DNA of 64,000 bases from Malacoraja senta (lineage: Eukaryota). Location of the stretch: contig CM075995.1 of assembly GCA_038087875.1 (NCBI GenBank), positions 2,606,001-2,670,000 of the forward strand, given 5' to 3'. The notes below the pieces were generated by a model. It was not told the DNA's origin, did not search any database, and saw nothing but the letters and a program-made list of their open reading frames with translations. Each line of letters begins with the position of its first letter. Positions within the stretch are counted from its first letter, which is position 1. The position numbers and the translations under genes are program-made. Positions 24,696 through 38,251 of this stretch are shown here, piece by piece.

Positions 24696-25955
24696 GTCTG
24701 AACTGAAAGCTACCAATAACGACAGAAAAGTGTAGGAGGGAACTGCAGATGCTTGTTTACAATAGAAGATAGACACAAAAGGCTGGAGTAACCTGGCGGG
24801 ACAGGCAGCATCTCAGGAATGGGTGACCTTTGCGGGCCAAGGCCTTCCTTCAGACTAATGACAGAAGTTTCTAATAAGTCCCACGTAAAAATATTTTATC
24901 CAGGACTTCGAAAAACCCCAACTGATTAATACAAATGTAAACGCTACTAAATAGATCTAGCGTGTAAGTCATGCCAGATTAGTTGATGATCTCAAATCTT
25001 TGAAAACAAAGCAAAGGACTGGAAATCATGCCGAACCCTTGTTAACATTTTAAACAGACGGCCAACTATAAAATGCAAGTTTATGCAATGTTCGTGGTTT
25101 TCATTTCTGTTAATCTACTTGGGATACGGAGGGAAATGCTAAACCAGTGACCAAAGAGCCAGGGAGCAGACATCCATACCAAGAAAACAATGCGATGTTT
25201 GGGTTAATTGCATCAGTAGCTCGGAACGGCAGGAAAGCAACCCGTGCAGTCCTTGGTATTTGCAGTCACGTGTTCCAACTGACCACAGTTTGCAGATGAA
25301 CTGCCTGACCCAACTACTGGAGCCATTATTTTGTTGATCAGTTCAGGTACATGAGTCAGGCTCTTGTGACAAAGTAAATCACTCCCGCCGCTGCGAGTGG
25401 AATTACCGCTTAAAGATTTGACACAGCGGAGAACAATTGCACTTCGCAGCACTTCTGGCAAGGGCCCAATGACTGTTCAGACAGGCAACAGCAGCTGTTG
25501 CTAAAAATGAACATTGTGACTGGGCGGAAATTCTGGATCCCAGCCCCACAATAAACACATAACAAAAATTATAAACCTCAACCGGTAATGGTGCAGCAAA
25601 CCAGTTAGACCAGGCAGCATGGGAGGGCAAAACACCTCTCCACAACACAACTATCAACATTGCTCGGCCTAATTCTCTGAAATTCAATACTGTGTTCTTT
25701 AAATTTGAAATGAGAAAGGCACTTAATGAAGTAACACCAACATTTGCTTGCTGGGGGAATGTTGGTTAGACTATGTTAAAGTAACACTGCTTGAAGAAGT
25801 GCTGGAGTAACTCAGTGGGTCAGGCAGCATCTCTGGAGTAAAAAGATGGGTCACATTTCAGGTCGGGACCCTTCTCCAGTCTGAAATTTCCCATTTCAGA
25901 CCAAAATGTCACCCATCTTTTTTCTCCAGAGATGCTGCCTGACCCAGCTGAATTA

Positions 25956-26165
25956 AGGGCCTGTCCCACTTGGGCGTCATTTGCGCGTCACGCAGATGGC
26001 ACGCAAAGATTTTGTACATCCCAAAATCCTGGGGCGACCGCGCGTCACTGCCTACGTCACCACGCACCATGCGCGCACCACACGCGCGGCACGAAGCACG
26101 CGTCGTGACGCGTAAATGATGTCGCGTAAATTACGCACAAATGACGCCCAAGTGGGACAGGCCCT
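25956..26165. mobile_element. PIF/Harbinger-type MITE (210 bp)
   Basis: TIRs AGGGCCTGTCCCACTTGGGCGTCATTTG and its reverse complement; TTA duplicated at 25953-25955 and 26166-26168; sits inside a PLE repeat. Confidence 0.9.
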
Positions 26166-26214
26166 TTACTGCAGCACTTTGTTCATAAGTTCTAGGAGCA
26201 GAATTACAATAACT

Positions 26215-27785
26215 ACTTACAATATACATTAATAATTTAGATGAAGGAATTAAAAGTAACACTAGCAAATTTGCAGATGACACAAAGCTGGGTGGCAGTG
26301 TGAACTGCGAGGAGGATGCTATGAGGATAAAATGGTGACTTGGACAGGTTGGGTGAGTGGGCAAATGCAGTATAATGTGGATAAATGTGAGGTTATCCAC
26401 TTTGGTGGCAAGAATAGGAAGGCAGATTATTATCTGAACTGTGTAGGAAAGAACTGCAGATGCTGGTTTAAATTGAAGGTAGACACAAAATGCTGGATTA
26501 ACTCAGCGGGACAGGAGGCATCTCTGGAGGGAAGGAATGGGTGACATTTCGGGTCGAGACCCTTCTTCAGACTAATGTCAGGGGAGTGGGCAGGACAAAG
26601 ATAGAATATAGTTGGAGACAGTAAGACTGGTGGGAGAACTGGGAAGTGGTGTCAGGTTAGGAAAAGGGGAAGTACAACGAGACCTGGGTGTCCTTGTACA
26701 TCAGTCACTGAAAGTAAGCATGCAGGTACAGCAAGCAGTGAAGAAAGCTAATGGCATCTTGGCCTTCATAACGAGAGGATTTGAGTATAGGAGAAAAGAG
26801 GCCCTTCTGCAGTTGTACAGGGCCCTGATGAGACCACACCTGGAGTATTGTGTGCAGTTTTGGTCTCCTAATTTGAGGAAGGACATTCTTGCTATTGAGA
26901 GGTTAATTCCCAGGATGGCGGGAATGTCATATGATGAAAGAATGGAGCAACTGGGCTTGTATTCACTCGAATTTAGAAGGATGAGAGGATACCTTAAAGA
27001 AACATATAAAATTATTAAGGGATTGGACACGCTAGATGCAGGAAACATGTTCCCGATGTTGGGGGAGTCCAGAACCAGGGGCCACAGTTTTTAAAATAAG
27101 GGGAAGGCCATTTAGAACTGAGATGAGGAAAAACTTTTTCACACAGGGAGTTTTGAATTTGTAGAATTCTCTGCCTCAGAAGGCAGTGGAGGCTAATTCA
27201 CTGGATGCATTCAAATGAAAGTTAGATAGAGCTCTTAGGGCTAGCGGAATCAAGGGATATGGGAAGAAGGCAGGAACGGGGTACTGATTGTGGATGTTTA
27301 GTTTAGTTTAGTTTAGAGATACAGCGCGGAAACAGGCCCTTTGGCCCACCGGGTCCGCGCCGACCAGCGATCCCCGAACATTAACACCATCCTACACTCA
27401 CTAGGGACAATTTTTACATTTACCGAGCCAATTAGCCTACAAACCTGTACGTCTTTGGAGTGTGGGAGGAAACCAAAGATCTCGGAGAAAACCCAAGCAG
27501 GTCACGGGGAGAACGTACAAACTCCACACAGACAGCACCCATTGTCTGGATCGAACCCGGGTCTCCGGCGCTACATTCGCTGTAAGGCAGCAACTCTACC
27601 GCTGCGCCACCGTGACCGCCCATGGATGATCAGTCATGATCAATCCTTCCCTCCATAGATGCTGCCTCACCCGCTGAGTTTCTCCAACATTTTTGTCTAC
27701 CTTTGATTTTCCAGCATCTGCAGTTCCTTCTTAAACATTGAATGGCTGTGTTGGCTCGAAGGGCCGAATGGCTCTATGTATCTAA
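26215..27785 (+). mobile_element. CR1 LINE RT-to-3' fragment, interrupted by PLE repeats and an HE1 SINE
   Basis: INNLDEGI..SKFADDTKLGG from about 26228; ORF 26612-27094; inserts at about 26440-26646, 27297-27620 and 27643-27737. Confidence 0.85.
27297..27620 (-). mobile_element. HE1-like V-SINE, full length
   Basis: Intact A and B boxes on the minus strand; (TTTAG)n at its left end. Confidence 0.9.
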
Positions 27786-28762
27786 TTAGGCCATGAGGTC
27801 CATCAGGTCTGTCCTGCCATTCAATAATGGCTGATCTATCTTTCCCTCTCAACCCCATTCTCCTGCCTTCTCTCTAAAACCTCTGACACCCTTATAATCA
27901 AGAACCTGCATTGTGAAAATATTATTCACTGGTTTCTTGGGAGCTTATTTTTCCAGAGATGCTGACTGAACAGCTGAGTTTTTCCATCATTTTCTTTTCC
28001 TTTGTCAGAATTCCATCATATGTAGTTTTTTAAATTTTAATTTACATGACAACGTTGCAGAGCTCAACAATCAAAGGACATATAAATGGTTGTACTGGTG
28101 GGTTGTCAGCTACTTGTACAGACTCTGCTATTCAATGCCTGAGCTTTTCCATCGCAGCATTTTCCTGGACTAATCCCATATCCCTTGCTCGTAATATGTA
28201 AAAACATATTTATCTCTTTATGAATACACTCAGCACCTAAACCCCTCGAGCCCTCTTGAGTAGAGAATTCCAAACACAAAACTCAGCACAGTTTGGGTGG
28301 AATAATTTCTCCTCATATTTCTTTTGGCCGACTCCTTACTTTTGAGGATGTGAATAGATGACATTTCGGTTCAGGACCTTTCTTCAGACTGGTTATATTT
28401 GGGGGGGGAGGGGGGGTGAGAAAGCTGGAGAAGTGGTGGACCCACCACATCCTCTTTTCCCCACTTTCTTCCCTCTACTACAACCAGTCTGAAGAAGTGT
28501 TCCGACTCGAATCGTCCCGACTAGAAATGTCATCCAAGTTATCCAGAGAGGCTGCCTGACCCACTGAGTTACTCCAGCACTGGCATCTACATTTAAACAG
28601 GCATCTACAGCTCCTTGTGTCTCATGGCTCCTTGTGTGGCATGACTTCTTGTTCTGGACGTCCCTATCAGTAGAAACATCAACTCCACACCTTTTGTGCC
28701 AGGCCTGGTAAAATTATTGTACGTTCCAATGAGGTCACCTCTCATTCGTCCTTACTCCAGAC

Positions 28763-29215
28763 ACTGGCGGGACTGTCATATGCTGAGAGAATGGAGCAGC
28801 TGGGCTTGTACACTCTGGAGTTTAGAAGGATGAGAGGGGATCTCATTGAAACATATAAGATTGTTAAGGGTTTGGACACACTAGAGGCAGGAAACATGTT
28901 CCCGATGTTGGGGGAGTCCAGAACTAGGGGGCCACAGTTTAAGAATAAGGAGTAAGCCATTTAGAACGGAGATGAGGAAACACCTTTTCTCACAGAGAGT
29001 GGTGAGTGTGGAATTCTCTGCCTCAGAGGGCGGTGGAGGCAGGTTCTCTGGATGCTTTCAAGAGAGAGCTTGATAGGGCTCTTAAAAATAGTGGAGTCAG
29101 GGTATATGGGGAGAAGGCAGGAACAGGGTACTGATTGCGGATGATCAGCCATGATCACATTGAATGGCGGTGCTGGCTCGAAAGGCCGAATGGCCTACTC
29201 CTGCACCTATTGTCT
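28763..29215 (+). mobile_element. Young CR1 3' fragment
   Basis: Near-identical to the 3' part of 58296-59090 and to 41570-42095 (minus). Confidence 0.9.
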
Positions 29216-30289
29216 AATAGAAGTCCAGTCTCCTCATAACACAGCCCCACCATCCTGGTAATCACTCTGGTAAACCTTTTGCTGCACTCACTCCATCCCA
29301 AGTACCCTGTGGTGGGAAGACCAGGCCTAAGACACAGTATCCCCAATGCAGTCTCAACAAGGCTCTATAATATAATAGCTTCAAAATATCTTTACTCTTT
29401 ACTCAGATGCCTTGCAATTCAAGAGAACATTTTACTTCTCTTCCCAATTGCTTGCTCAACCTGCATGTTAAATGTCAGTTATTTGTGTCCAAGGGCGACA
29501 CAGTGGCGCAGTAGTAGAGCTGCTGCCCTTCAGCACCAGAGACTCGAGTTCAATCCTAACTATGGGTGCTGTCTATGTGGAGCTTTTACGTTCTCACTGT
29601 GACCACGTGGGTTTTCTCTGGGATTTCCAGTTTCCTCCCACATTCCAAAGATATGCAGGTTTGTAGGTTCTTTGGCTTCTGCAAATTGCTTCAGGTGTGT
29701 AGGACAGAACTAGTGTACGGATGATCAATGGTCAGCATGGACTTGGTGGGCCAAAGGACCTGTTTCCCTGCTGTACCTCTAAACTAAACTAAACACACCC
29801 AGGTCGTTGTAAGTACCAACACGTATCAATCGCTCACCATTTAACACTCTACCTTTCTATTTTTTCCTACTAAAGTGGATGACTTCACATGTTTCCACAT
29901 TATACTCGGTCTGCCCTGACCTCGCCTAGCCTATCGACATCCAATTGAAGCCATTCTGCATCCTCATTGCAGCCTGTACTGCCACCTAGCTTTGTTTTGT
30001 CATAAAACTAGCATCACTATTTCACTTGCTCCCCTCATTTCAATCATCAATGTAGGTTGTGAACAACTATTACAGTTTCCCAACCCAAAAATGAACAACC
30101 TCTTTCTCTGCCCTTACATGTTAACCAATCCTCAAAACATGCATGGATATTATCTAAATGCTCCACGCTCTGATTCTGTTTAAATAATCTCATGTGTGGC
30201 ATGCTACACAAATACCTGGGTCCAATATAGCACATCAATTGGTTCACCTTTACCTATCTGTTGAAAGATCTACCAAATTTGGATAGGCA

Positions 30290-31940
30290 TGGATGATGGA
30301 TAGTTACCATGTCTTTGTACATGGGAAGTCATTGTTCGCAAATTTGAGAGAGTTTTTTTGAAGAGGTCACCATGAAGATTGATGAGGAAAAAGGCAGTGG
30401 ACATTGTCTACAAGTATCTATATGGACTTTAGAAAGGCCTTTCAAAGAGTCGTGGATCTTATAGAAACATAAAATTACTAAAGGATTGGACAGGCTTGAT
30501 GCAGGAAAAATGCTTCCGATGTTGGAGGAGTCCAGAACCAGGGGATCACAGTTTACGAAATAAGGGGTAGGCTATTTAGAACTTTTTCACCCAGAGAGTT
30601 GTGAATCTGAGGAATTCTCTGCCACAGAAGGCAGTGGAGGCCAATTCACTGGATGTTTTCAAAAGAGAGTTAGATTTAGCTCTTAGGGCTAAAGGAATCA
30701 AGGGAGATGGGGAAAAAGCAGGAACGGGGTACTGAATTTAGATGATCAGCCATGATCACATTGAATAGTGGTGCTGGCTCGAAGGGCCAAATGGCCTACT
30801 CCTGCACCTATTTTTCTATGTTTCTATGGTAGGTCATAGAAAGATTCTCCAGTCTGAAAGATTAGAGCACATGGAATCCAAGGTGAGCTAGAGTTGGATT
30901 CAAATTTTGCTTGGAGGAAGTAGTCACAGGGTAGTTATGGAGAGTTGTTTTTTTGATTGAAGGTTGGTGGCCAATGGAGTACAGCATGGATCAGTGCTGG
31001 GTCATAGAAACATAGAAACATAGAAAATAGGTGCAGGAGTAGGCCAATCGGCCCTTCGAGCCTGCACCGCCATTCAATATGATCATGGCTGATCATCCAA
31101 CTCAGTATCCTGTACCTGTTCTCATCTCGGTCCTAAAAGATTTCCCCTTTATCCTTAAACTGTGACCCCTTGTCCTGGACTTCCCCAACATCGGGAAAAA
31201 TCTTCCTGCATCTAGCCTGTCCAACCCCTTAAGAATTTTGTACGTTTCTATAAGATCCCCCCTCAATCTTCTAAATTCTAGCGAGTACAAGCCGAGTCTA
31301 TCCAGTCTTTCTTCATATGAAAGTCCTGACATCCCAGGAATCAGTCTGGTGAGCCTTCTCTGTACTCCCTCTCTGGCAAGAATGTTATTTGTTATCTACA
31401 TTAACAATTTGGGGTGACAATATCATAGAGATTATTAATACATTTGTAGATAATGACAAAATTGCTGGTGCAGTGAACAGTGAGGGTGAATATCTAAGTT
31501 TACAAAAGGATCTGGATCAGTTGGGAAGGAGGGCCTAGGAATGGCAAATGAAATTTAACGCTGGCAAGAGCAAGGTGCTGCACTTTGATATGTCAAACCA
31601 GGGCAGGACTTGCACAATGGAATAGCTCTGGAGAGTGTTGAAGAGCAGAGAGATGTGGGAGTGCAGGTGCATGCTTCCCCGAGAGTGGCGAATCAGGTGG
31701 GCAGTGTGGTTTGGCGTGCTTGCCTTCATTGGGAAGGATATTGAGTACAAAAGTTGGGACATCATAATACAGCTTCACAAGTCTTGGTGAGGCCGCATTT
31801 AGAGCACCGTGCGTAGTGCTGGCCGCCGAACCATAGGAAAGATATAATTAAGTTGGAAAGAGTACAAGTGAGATTCACCAGGATGTTACCAGAGCTTGAA
31901 TTATAAGGAAAGGTTGGATAAACTGGAGATGTTTTTACTT
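30290..31940 (+). mobile_element. Old, degraded CR1 RT region split by two younger CR1 insertions (about 30450-30828 plus, 31004-31385 minus)
   Basis: Colinear remnants of FFEEVT, YMDF, GSVLG, QMKFN and LVRPHL around the inserts. Confidence 0.75.
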
Positions 31941-33075
31941 CGAGTATATGCCATCTTGGCACCTGCATTGAGCTCAATGTTGGACCTGCAGGAGCTTGTT
32001 GGGAATCCTCAACATTTAAGCTGGGAAATGTGTTCTTGGATTCTGCATTAAATAAGACCTGGTAAAAGATGTTCAAACACCTTCATTTGAAGGGGTATGG
32101 TGCAGTATGAGGAAGAAAATAAGTATAAGGCAATCATCTTTTTAAAAAAAACATTGATTTTACCTATTTAGTTTAACATTTTTTTGAAAATATCCCTGAT
32201 TATCAGGGATATCATGTGATAGGAGCAGAATTAGGCCATTCGGCTCATCAAGTCTACTCCACCATACAATCATGGCTGATCTATCATTCCCTCTCAACCC
32301 CATTCTCCTGCCTTCTCCCCATAACCCCTGACACCCATACTAATCAAGAATCTATCAATCTCTGCTTTAAAAATATCCATGGACTTGGCCTCCATAGCCT
32401 TCTGTGGCAACGAATTCCACATAATTCGCCACCCTCTGACAAAATAAATCCTTCCTCATCTCCTTCCAAAAGGAATGTCCTTTTATTCTGAGGCTATGCC
32501 CTCTAGTCCTAGACTCTCCCACTGGTGGAAACATCCGCTCCACATCCACTCTATCCAGGCCTTTTAACTATTTGGTACGTTTCAATGAGGTCCCCCCCTC
32601 ATTCATTCTTCTAAACTCCAATCGAGGGCAAGGCATTGCCATCTGTCAACAGCTTTCAGACGTGTCTGATCCTGGTAACCATGTCACCCCCCCCTCTACA
32701 TTGTGCGAAGCCTCGCTCGATCCAGCCTGTTACCTGTGCTAGACACTGGACTTTTCCTGCAGCTACACATAATTTCCACTGCCCTTTGGGGCTGATTGAA
32801 CTGAATGACAGCCACACCCTGACACTGCACCGACGGCTTTTTGACACCTTACTGTTGTCAAATGCCTTGAACTATTTTGTACAGCCTTCGATTTCATAAT
32901 CAGTTCAAAGAGGTCCCAATGATCTAAGCAATAGATTTACTTTAAAAAACATTGTAAGGTAGAGGAAAATGTATGAAGAAAATCACGCCTACATAGTAAC
33001 ATGCTGGTGTGGATGTCAGAGATGAGTTGAACTGCAAAGGGCCATTGGTGAAAGTTCCCAGTGGGACTGTTTTTG

Positions 33076-33358
33076 TTTTTTAGTTTTAGTTGTAGAGATA
33101 CAGACCCTTCGGCCCACCGGTACCGCACCGACCAGCGATCCCCGCACATTAACACTACCCTACACACACTCGGAACAATTCTATATTTACACCAAGCCAA
33201 TGAACTTACAAACCTGTACGTCTTTGGAGAGTGGGAGTAACCGGAACACCCAGAGAAAACCCACGCAGGTCATGGGGAGAACATACAAACTCCGTACAGA
33301 CAGCACCGGTAGTCAGGATCGAACCGGGGTCTCTGGTGCTGTACCACCGTGCTGCCCT
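33076..33358 (-). mobile_element. HE1-like V-SINE
   Basis: V-domain and B box on the minus strand. Confidence 0.8.
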
Positions 33359-35644
33359 AATTAAATTTGGGGAAAAAGGAAAAGTGAGCTGCAAGTGTGG
33401 GTGTGGCGATGTGCATTGCTCTACTCAAGGCATTATAGCTCATTGTTTCACGCAAGGCACGATGAAAAGACCGTCAGAGGGAGGTGAATCTGCGGAATTC
33501 ATTACCACTGTGGGCACCAAGTCTTTGGATATTTTTAAAGTGGGGATTGACATGTTCTTGATGAGTAAGGGTGTCAAAGGTTGCGGGGAGAAGGCGGGAG
33601 AATGCGGTTGAGAGCGATAGATCGGCCATAATTGAATGGTGTAGAGGACTCGATGGGCCAAATGGCCTAATTCTGCTCCAATGACCTATGAACTTATGTA
33701 ACTGCTTGACAAAGTATATCTGAGGTATGGCGGAGCTCACTTAGGAGGGGTGTTATTAAACGAGCAGTTGAAAATACAACGAGCACGCACCTTTAAGATA
33801 GCTTTAAGACATTAGAAACAAGAGCATGTCTTCACAGTTCAGAACGTAAAAGAATGCAACAAACAGTTCTTTACAAAGTGCTTAAGCCCTTCCTCATCTC
33901 ATGACCTTGCCGCAAGCCCATGCAAATCACTTAAACAGTCATTGTAGAAAAAGCCACCAAAACTACCTGTTTTCCCGCTCAACAAAGTGACCCGCTTTAA
34001 CCTCTGCGTCTCTCACAACATACGCTGCCTGCCAAGAAATGGTGCAATATTATCACGGAACAAAATTGACAGTTTCAGTGGCTAGGCAACAAACAAAACA
34101 CAGTGTCTAAATGGCACTGAAATAAAATTCTAGCACGCACTTCAGAGAAATGATTAATGTTTTGCCACGATTGCTAATTCCGTTCAACGTAAAGGTTTTC
34201 TAGTTCGTGACAGCTTGCGCAGATGAATGCGTGCTGCTACAATCCACATATCGATAAAAGCTGTAACCTACTGAGTTAAAAACTGGATCTTGACATGCTG
34301 AAATTGAAGATTTGTTCCAAGGTATGGATGACTATCATAAAATGCAAACAAACTGTCCTCCTGGAGCCATTCAGCAAACAAAGTGAATAAGAGAACCCCA
34401 CCTAACCCATGTCCCTTGCAATACACAAAGACACTTAGCTGACCTGAATGTACTTTGCTTTTTTTTTCTCTCTCTCTGCTGAGGCTTTGTTTACAGTTTA
34501 AATATTAGTCATAGAGTCGTACAGCATGGAAACAGGCCCTTCGGCCCAACTTGCCCACACCTGCCACTAGTCTCATCTGCCTGCCTGGTCCATATTTTAG
34601 TTTAGTTTAGTTTATTGTCACGTGTACCAACGTACAGTGAAAAACTTTTGTTGCGTGCTATCCAGTCAGCGGAAAGACAATACATGATTAGAATCGAGCC
34701 ATTTACAGCGTTTAGATACATGATAAGGGAATAACGTTCAATGCAAGGGAAAGCCAGCAAAGTCCGCTCAAGGATAGTCCAAGTGTCACCCATGAGGTAG
34801 ATAGTAGTTCAGGACTGCTCTCTGGTTGTGGTAGGATGATTCCGTTGCCTGATAACAGCTTGGAAGAAACTGTCCCTGAATCTGGAGATCCTTCTAAACC
34901 TGCCCTATCAATGTACCTATTTGTTTCTTAAACGTTGCAATAGTCCCTGCCTCAACTACCTCCTCCGGCACCCACCACCCTTTGAGTAAAAACCTTACCC
35001 CTCAGATTGCTATTACATCTTTTGTCCTTCACCTTAAACCTACGTCCTCTGGTTGTTGATTCTCCTACTCTGGGCAAGAGACTCTGCATCTTCCAGATCT
35101 ATTCCTCTTGTGATTTTGTACACTCTCATGATTATTGTTTGCATGAAAATTAAAGCAAAATCCTAATTTTACAGGATTCTACCCCCAATTTCAGCATTAA
35201 TCCATAATGGATATTACTGGTCTGCGGGGATACTTCAATTTTAGAACAAAAAATTGGCAGCCCAACGCTTTCCTGATTGTTCACATGCAGACAGCTGTCT
35301 CATTCAGATAAGGACTTGGGTATGAAGGAACTGCAGATGCTGGTTGAAACCGAAGATAGACGCAAAATGTTGGAGTAACTCAGTGTGACAGACAGCATCT
35401 CTGGTGAGAAGGAATGGGTTTTGGGTCGAGACCCTTCTTCAGACTGACATCAGGTGGGAGGAAGATACATAAATAAGGAAGTGTGAAGGTGTGAAAACAG
35501 GGCAAAGGGAATGGAGATCCAGGAAAATGTAGAACAGATCATTGTTAGCTGGGAGAAGTTAGCAGAGATAAAATGTAGTCGGAGACATTAAGACTGGTCG
35601 GAGAACTGGGAAGGGGGAGGGGATGAAGAGAGAGGGAAAGCAAG

Positions 35645-36230
35645 CAGGGCTCGAAATTAGCGGTTGCCCGGGTGTCAATGGCAACCTACAGTCCCACCGG
35701 GCAACCTAAAAGCCATGCCATTTTGCCCGGCTTGGCAAGCACCCGGGACACCTAGCGTTTAATTCTGAACGGGCCCCCTCTCTATCTCTCTCTCTCTGTC
35801 ACTCTCCGTCTCCGCCCGCCATCCGTGTCCGGGTCTCGGCTCTCAGCTCTTGGCTCCCAGGTCTCCGCTCGGCTCTCGGCTCTCGGGTCTCCACTCGGCT
35901 CTCGGCTCTTGGCTCTCGGGTCTCCGCTCGGCTCTCAGGTCTCCGCTCGGCACGGCCGGCCGCCTTATACATGCGCACTGCCATGGCCTGCACATCCTCC
36001 CCCTGCACATGCACACAACCATGGCCAGCACATCATCACGGCAACTGGTCGGCGTCGGCCACTTTTTCCCTCCCATTGCATTTCCCTCCCACTTCCCATT
36101 CCCTCCCACTTTTTCCCTCCCATCTGCTGAAAACCAATGCAGAATCACTCCCTGGAGCTGCAGTAACTCCCTGGAGTAACTCTTGCTTCTTGGTTTCCTG
36201 GTCCTCCAAAAATATTCGAAATGGAATTTA
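35645..36230. mobile_element. Probable hAT-type element, left end only, with a CTCGGCT-based tandem repeat at 35830-35950
   Basis: Begins CAGGGCTCGAAATT with subterminal GGTTGCC/GGCAACC repeats. No matching right TIR seen. Confidence 0.5.
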
Positions 36231-37326
36231 AACTGGTGGACCCACCACCACCAAACTCCAAACTCTGAAAAATAACAGCCTATTGCATTTTATCTGTTTA
36301 TTTATTGTGTATATATATGGTCTATAATATACAGGCACACTGAACTTTTACCTCCTGTTCTGTATTGTGTTTACATATTCTGTTATAGCAAGAATTTCAT
36401 TGCCATATCTGGGACACATGACAATAAAACTCTCTTGACTTGGACTTAAGCAAAAAAGGGTTCTTGGGAAAAAAGAGCTACCTTAAATTTAGTTGTGTCT
36501 GGTTGGGTAACTATGGTAGGGTGAAGACTATTCCATGCTTTAATTGTGCGGGGGAACTCCATGGATAGAAGAAATTGGGTGATGTTTCGGGTAGAGACCC
36601 TTCTTTAGATTTCCTCTGGTTTTAGTGTTTTAGTTTAACTTAAAGATACAGCGTGGAAACAGGCCCTTCGGCCCACCGAGTCCACGCCGACCACCGATCA
36701 CCCATACTCTAGTTCTATCCCACACATCAGCAACGTAAGTCAAGAGTCAAGAGTGTTTTATTCTCTCACGTCCCAGTTAGAACAATGAAATCCTTACTTG
36801 CAGCAGCACAACAGAATATGTAAACATAGTACTTTGTAAACAATGTTATAAACGAGAAAACACAACTCCATACAGACAGCACCCATATTCAGGATCAATT
36901 CAGGGTCTCTGGTAATTTTAGGCAGCAACTTTATGGCCAATGTACTGCCCCATAGCCTTGAACTGAATTAAAACATACAGTAGCTGTAAAGGGGGACATA
37001 GCGTCACTTAAAGATTTAAGACTGAAAATGGATAGTTTCTTTTTTTTTAGTAACCAAAGTTATCAACGTATAATGTTTTGTGTGTTGGAAAATAAAATAT
37101 AGAGGCACAGCTGGTGGACTTGCTGCCTCACACACCAGGGATCTGTGTTCGATCCTGTCCTCGGGCACTGTCTGTGTTGAACTGCACATTCTCCCTGCAA
37201 GCATGTAGGTTTCCTCCCACATCCCAAAGACGCATTGGCTTTGTAGGTTAACTTGTCTCTGTAAAATTGCCCCTAATGTGCAGGGAGTGGGTGAGGAAAG
37301 TGGGATAACAGAACTTGTGTGAATGG

Positions 37327-37969
37327 GTAGACAAAAATGCTGGAGAAACTCAGTAGGTGAGGCAGCATCTATGGAGCAAAGGAAATAGGCGATGTTTCGG
37401 GTCGAGACCCTTCTTCAGACTGATGTGAGGGTGCGAGGGTGGGCGGGAAGAAGAAAGGAAGAGGCGGAGACAGTGGGCTGAGGGAGACCTGGGGAGCGGA
37501 GAGAGCAGGGGACTACCTGAAATTGGAGGTCAATGTTCATACCGCTGGGGTCTAAACTGCCCAAGCGAAATATGAGTTGCTGCTCCTCCAATTTACGGTG
37601 GACCTCACTCTGGCCATGGAGGAGACCCAGGACAGAAAGGTTGGATTCGGAATGGGAGGGGTAGTTGAAGTGCTGAGCCATCGATAGATCAGGTTGATTA
37701 TTGCAAACCGAGTGGAGGTGTTGGGCGAAACGATCGCCAAGCCTACGCTTGGTCTCACCGATGTAGGGCAGCTGACACCTAGAGCAGCGGATGCAATAGA
37801 TGAACGAAGGAATAGGCGACGTTTCGGGTCGAGACCCTTCTTTAGACTGATGTCGGGAGGGGCGGAGACAGTGGGCTGTGGGAGAGCTGGGAATGGGAGG
37901 GGAAGGAGGGAGAAAGCAGGGACTACCTGAAATTGGAGAGGCCAATGTTCATACCGCTGGGGTGTAAAC
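37327..37969 (-). mobile_element. Penelope-like element, tandem 3' ends (continues at 41193-41315)
   Basis: Two terminal repeats with hammerhead-like cores (37391-37418 and 37818-37845) flank a GIY-YIG coding remnant. Confidence 0.85.
37529..37801 (-). pseudogene. Penelope-like GIY-YIG endonuclease domain
   Basis: IYCIRCSRCQLPYIGETKRRLGDRFAQH..HFN..H..EQQLIFRLGSLDPSGMN. Confidence 0.9.
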
Positions 37970-38172
37970 TGTAGATGGTTTATGCATGCAACCAATCACA
38001 TAGCTACCTCCCCACTACTAACCCCGCCTTAAGTATCATTTATAATAACGCCTGCTTCTCCTTCTGCGCAGTACAGTAGCAGACTGGAGTCCGTGACTAC
38101 TCATGTGATGTTTAACTCTGTATACTTATTAAAGACTATAATAATGCTACACGTGTGTAATGACTATTTACA
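37970..38172 (+). repeat. 5' LTR
   Basis: Differs from the 3' LTR at 2 of 203 positions; contains CCAAT and ATTAAA. Confidence 0.97.
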
Positions 38173-38187
38173 TGGTGTCAGCCAGTG
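38173..38187 (+). promoter_or_regulatory. Primer binding site, tRNA-Leu-like
   Basis: TGGTGTCAG directly after the LTR; the first 9 nt match the complement of a tRNA-Leu 3' end. Confidence 0.7.
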
Positions 38188-38251
38188 ACTACTCACGTCT
38201 CTGTTTATCAGTTTTTATTTCTTTTGCTAAGTTTTTATTTTCATTTTGACA

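Noticed and set aside
35799..36231. Overlapping repetitive ORFs
   Set aside because: They derive from the CTCGGCT tandem repeat; no domain is recognisable.
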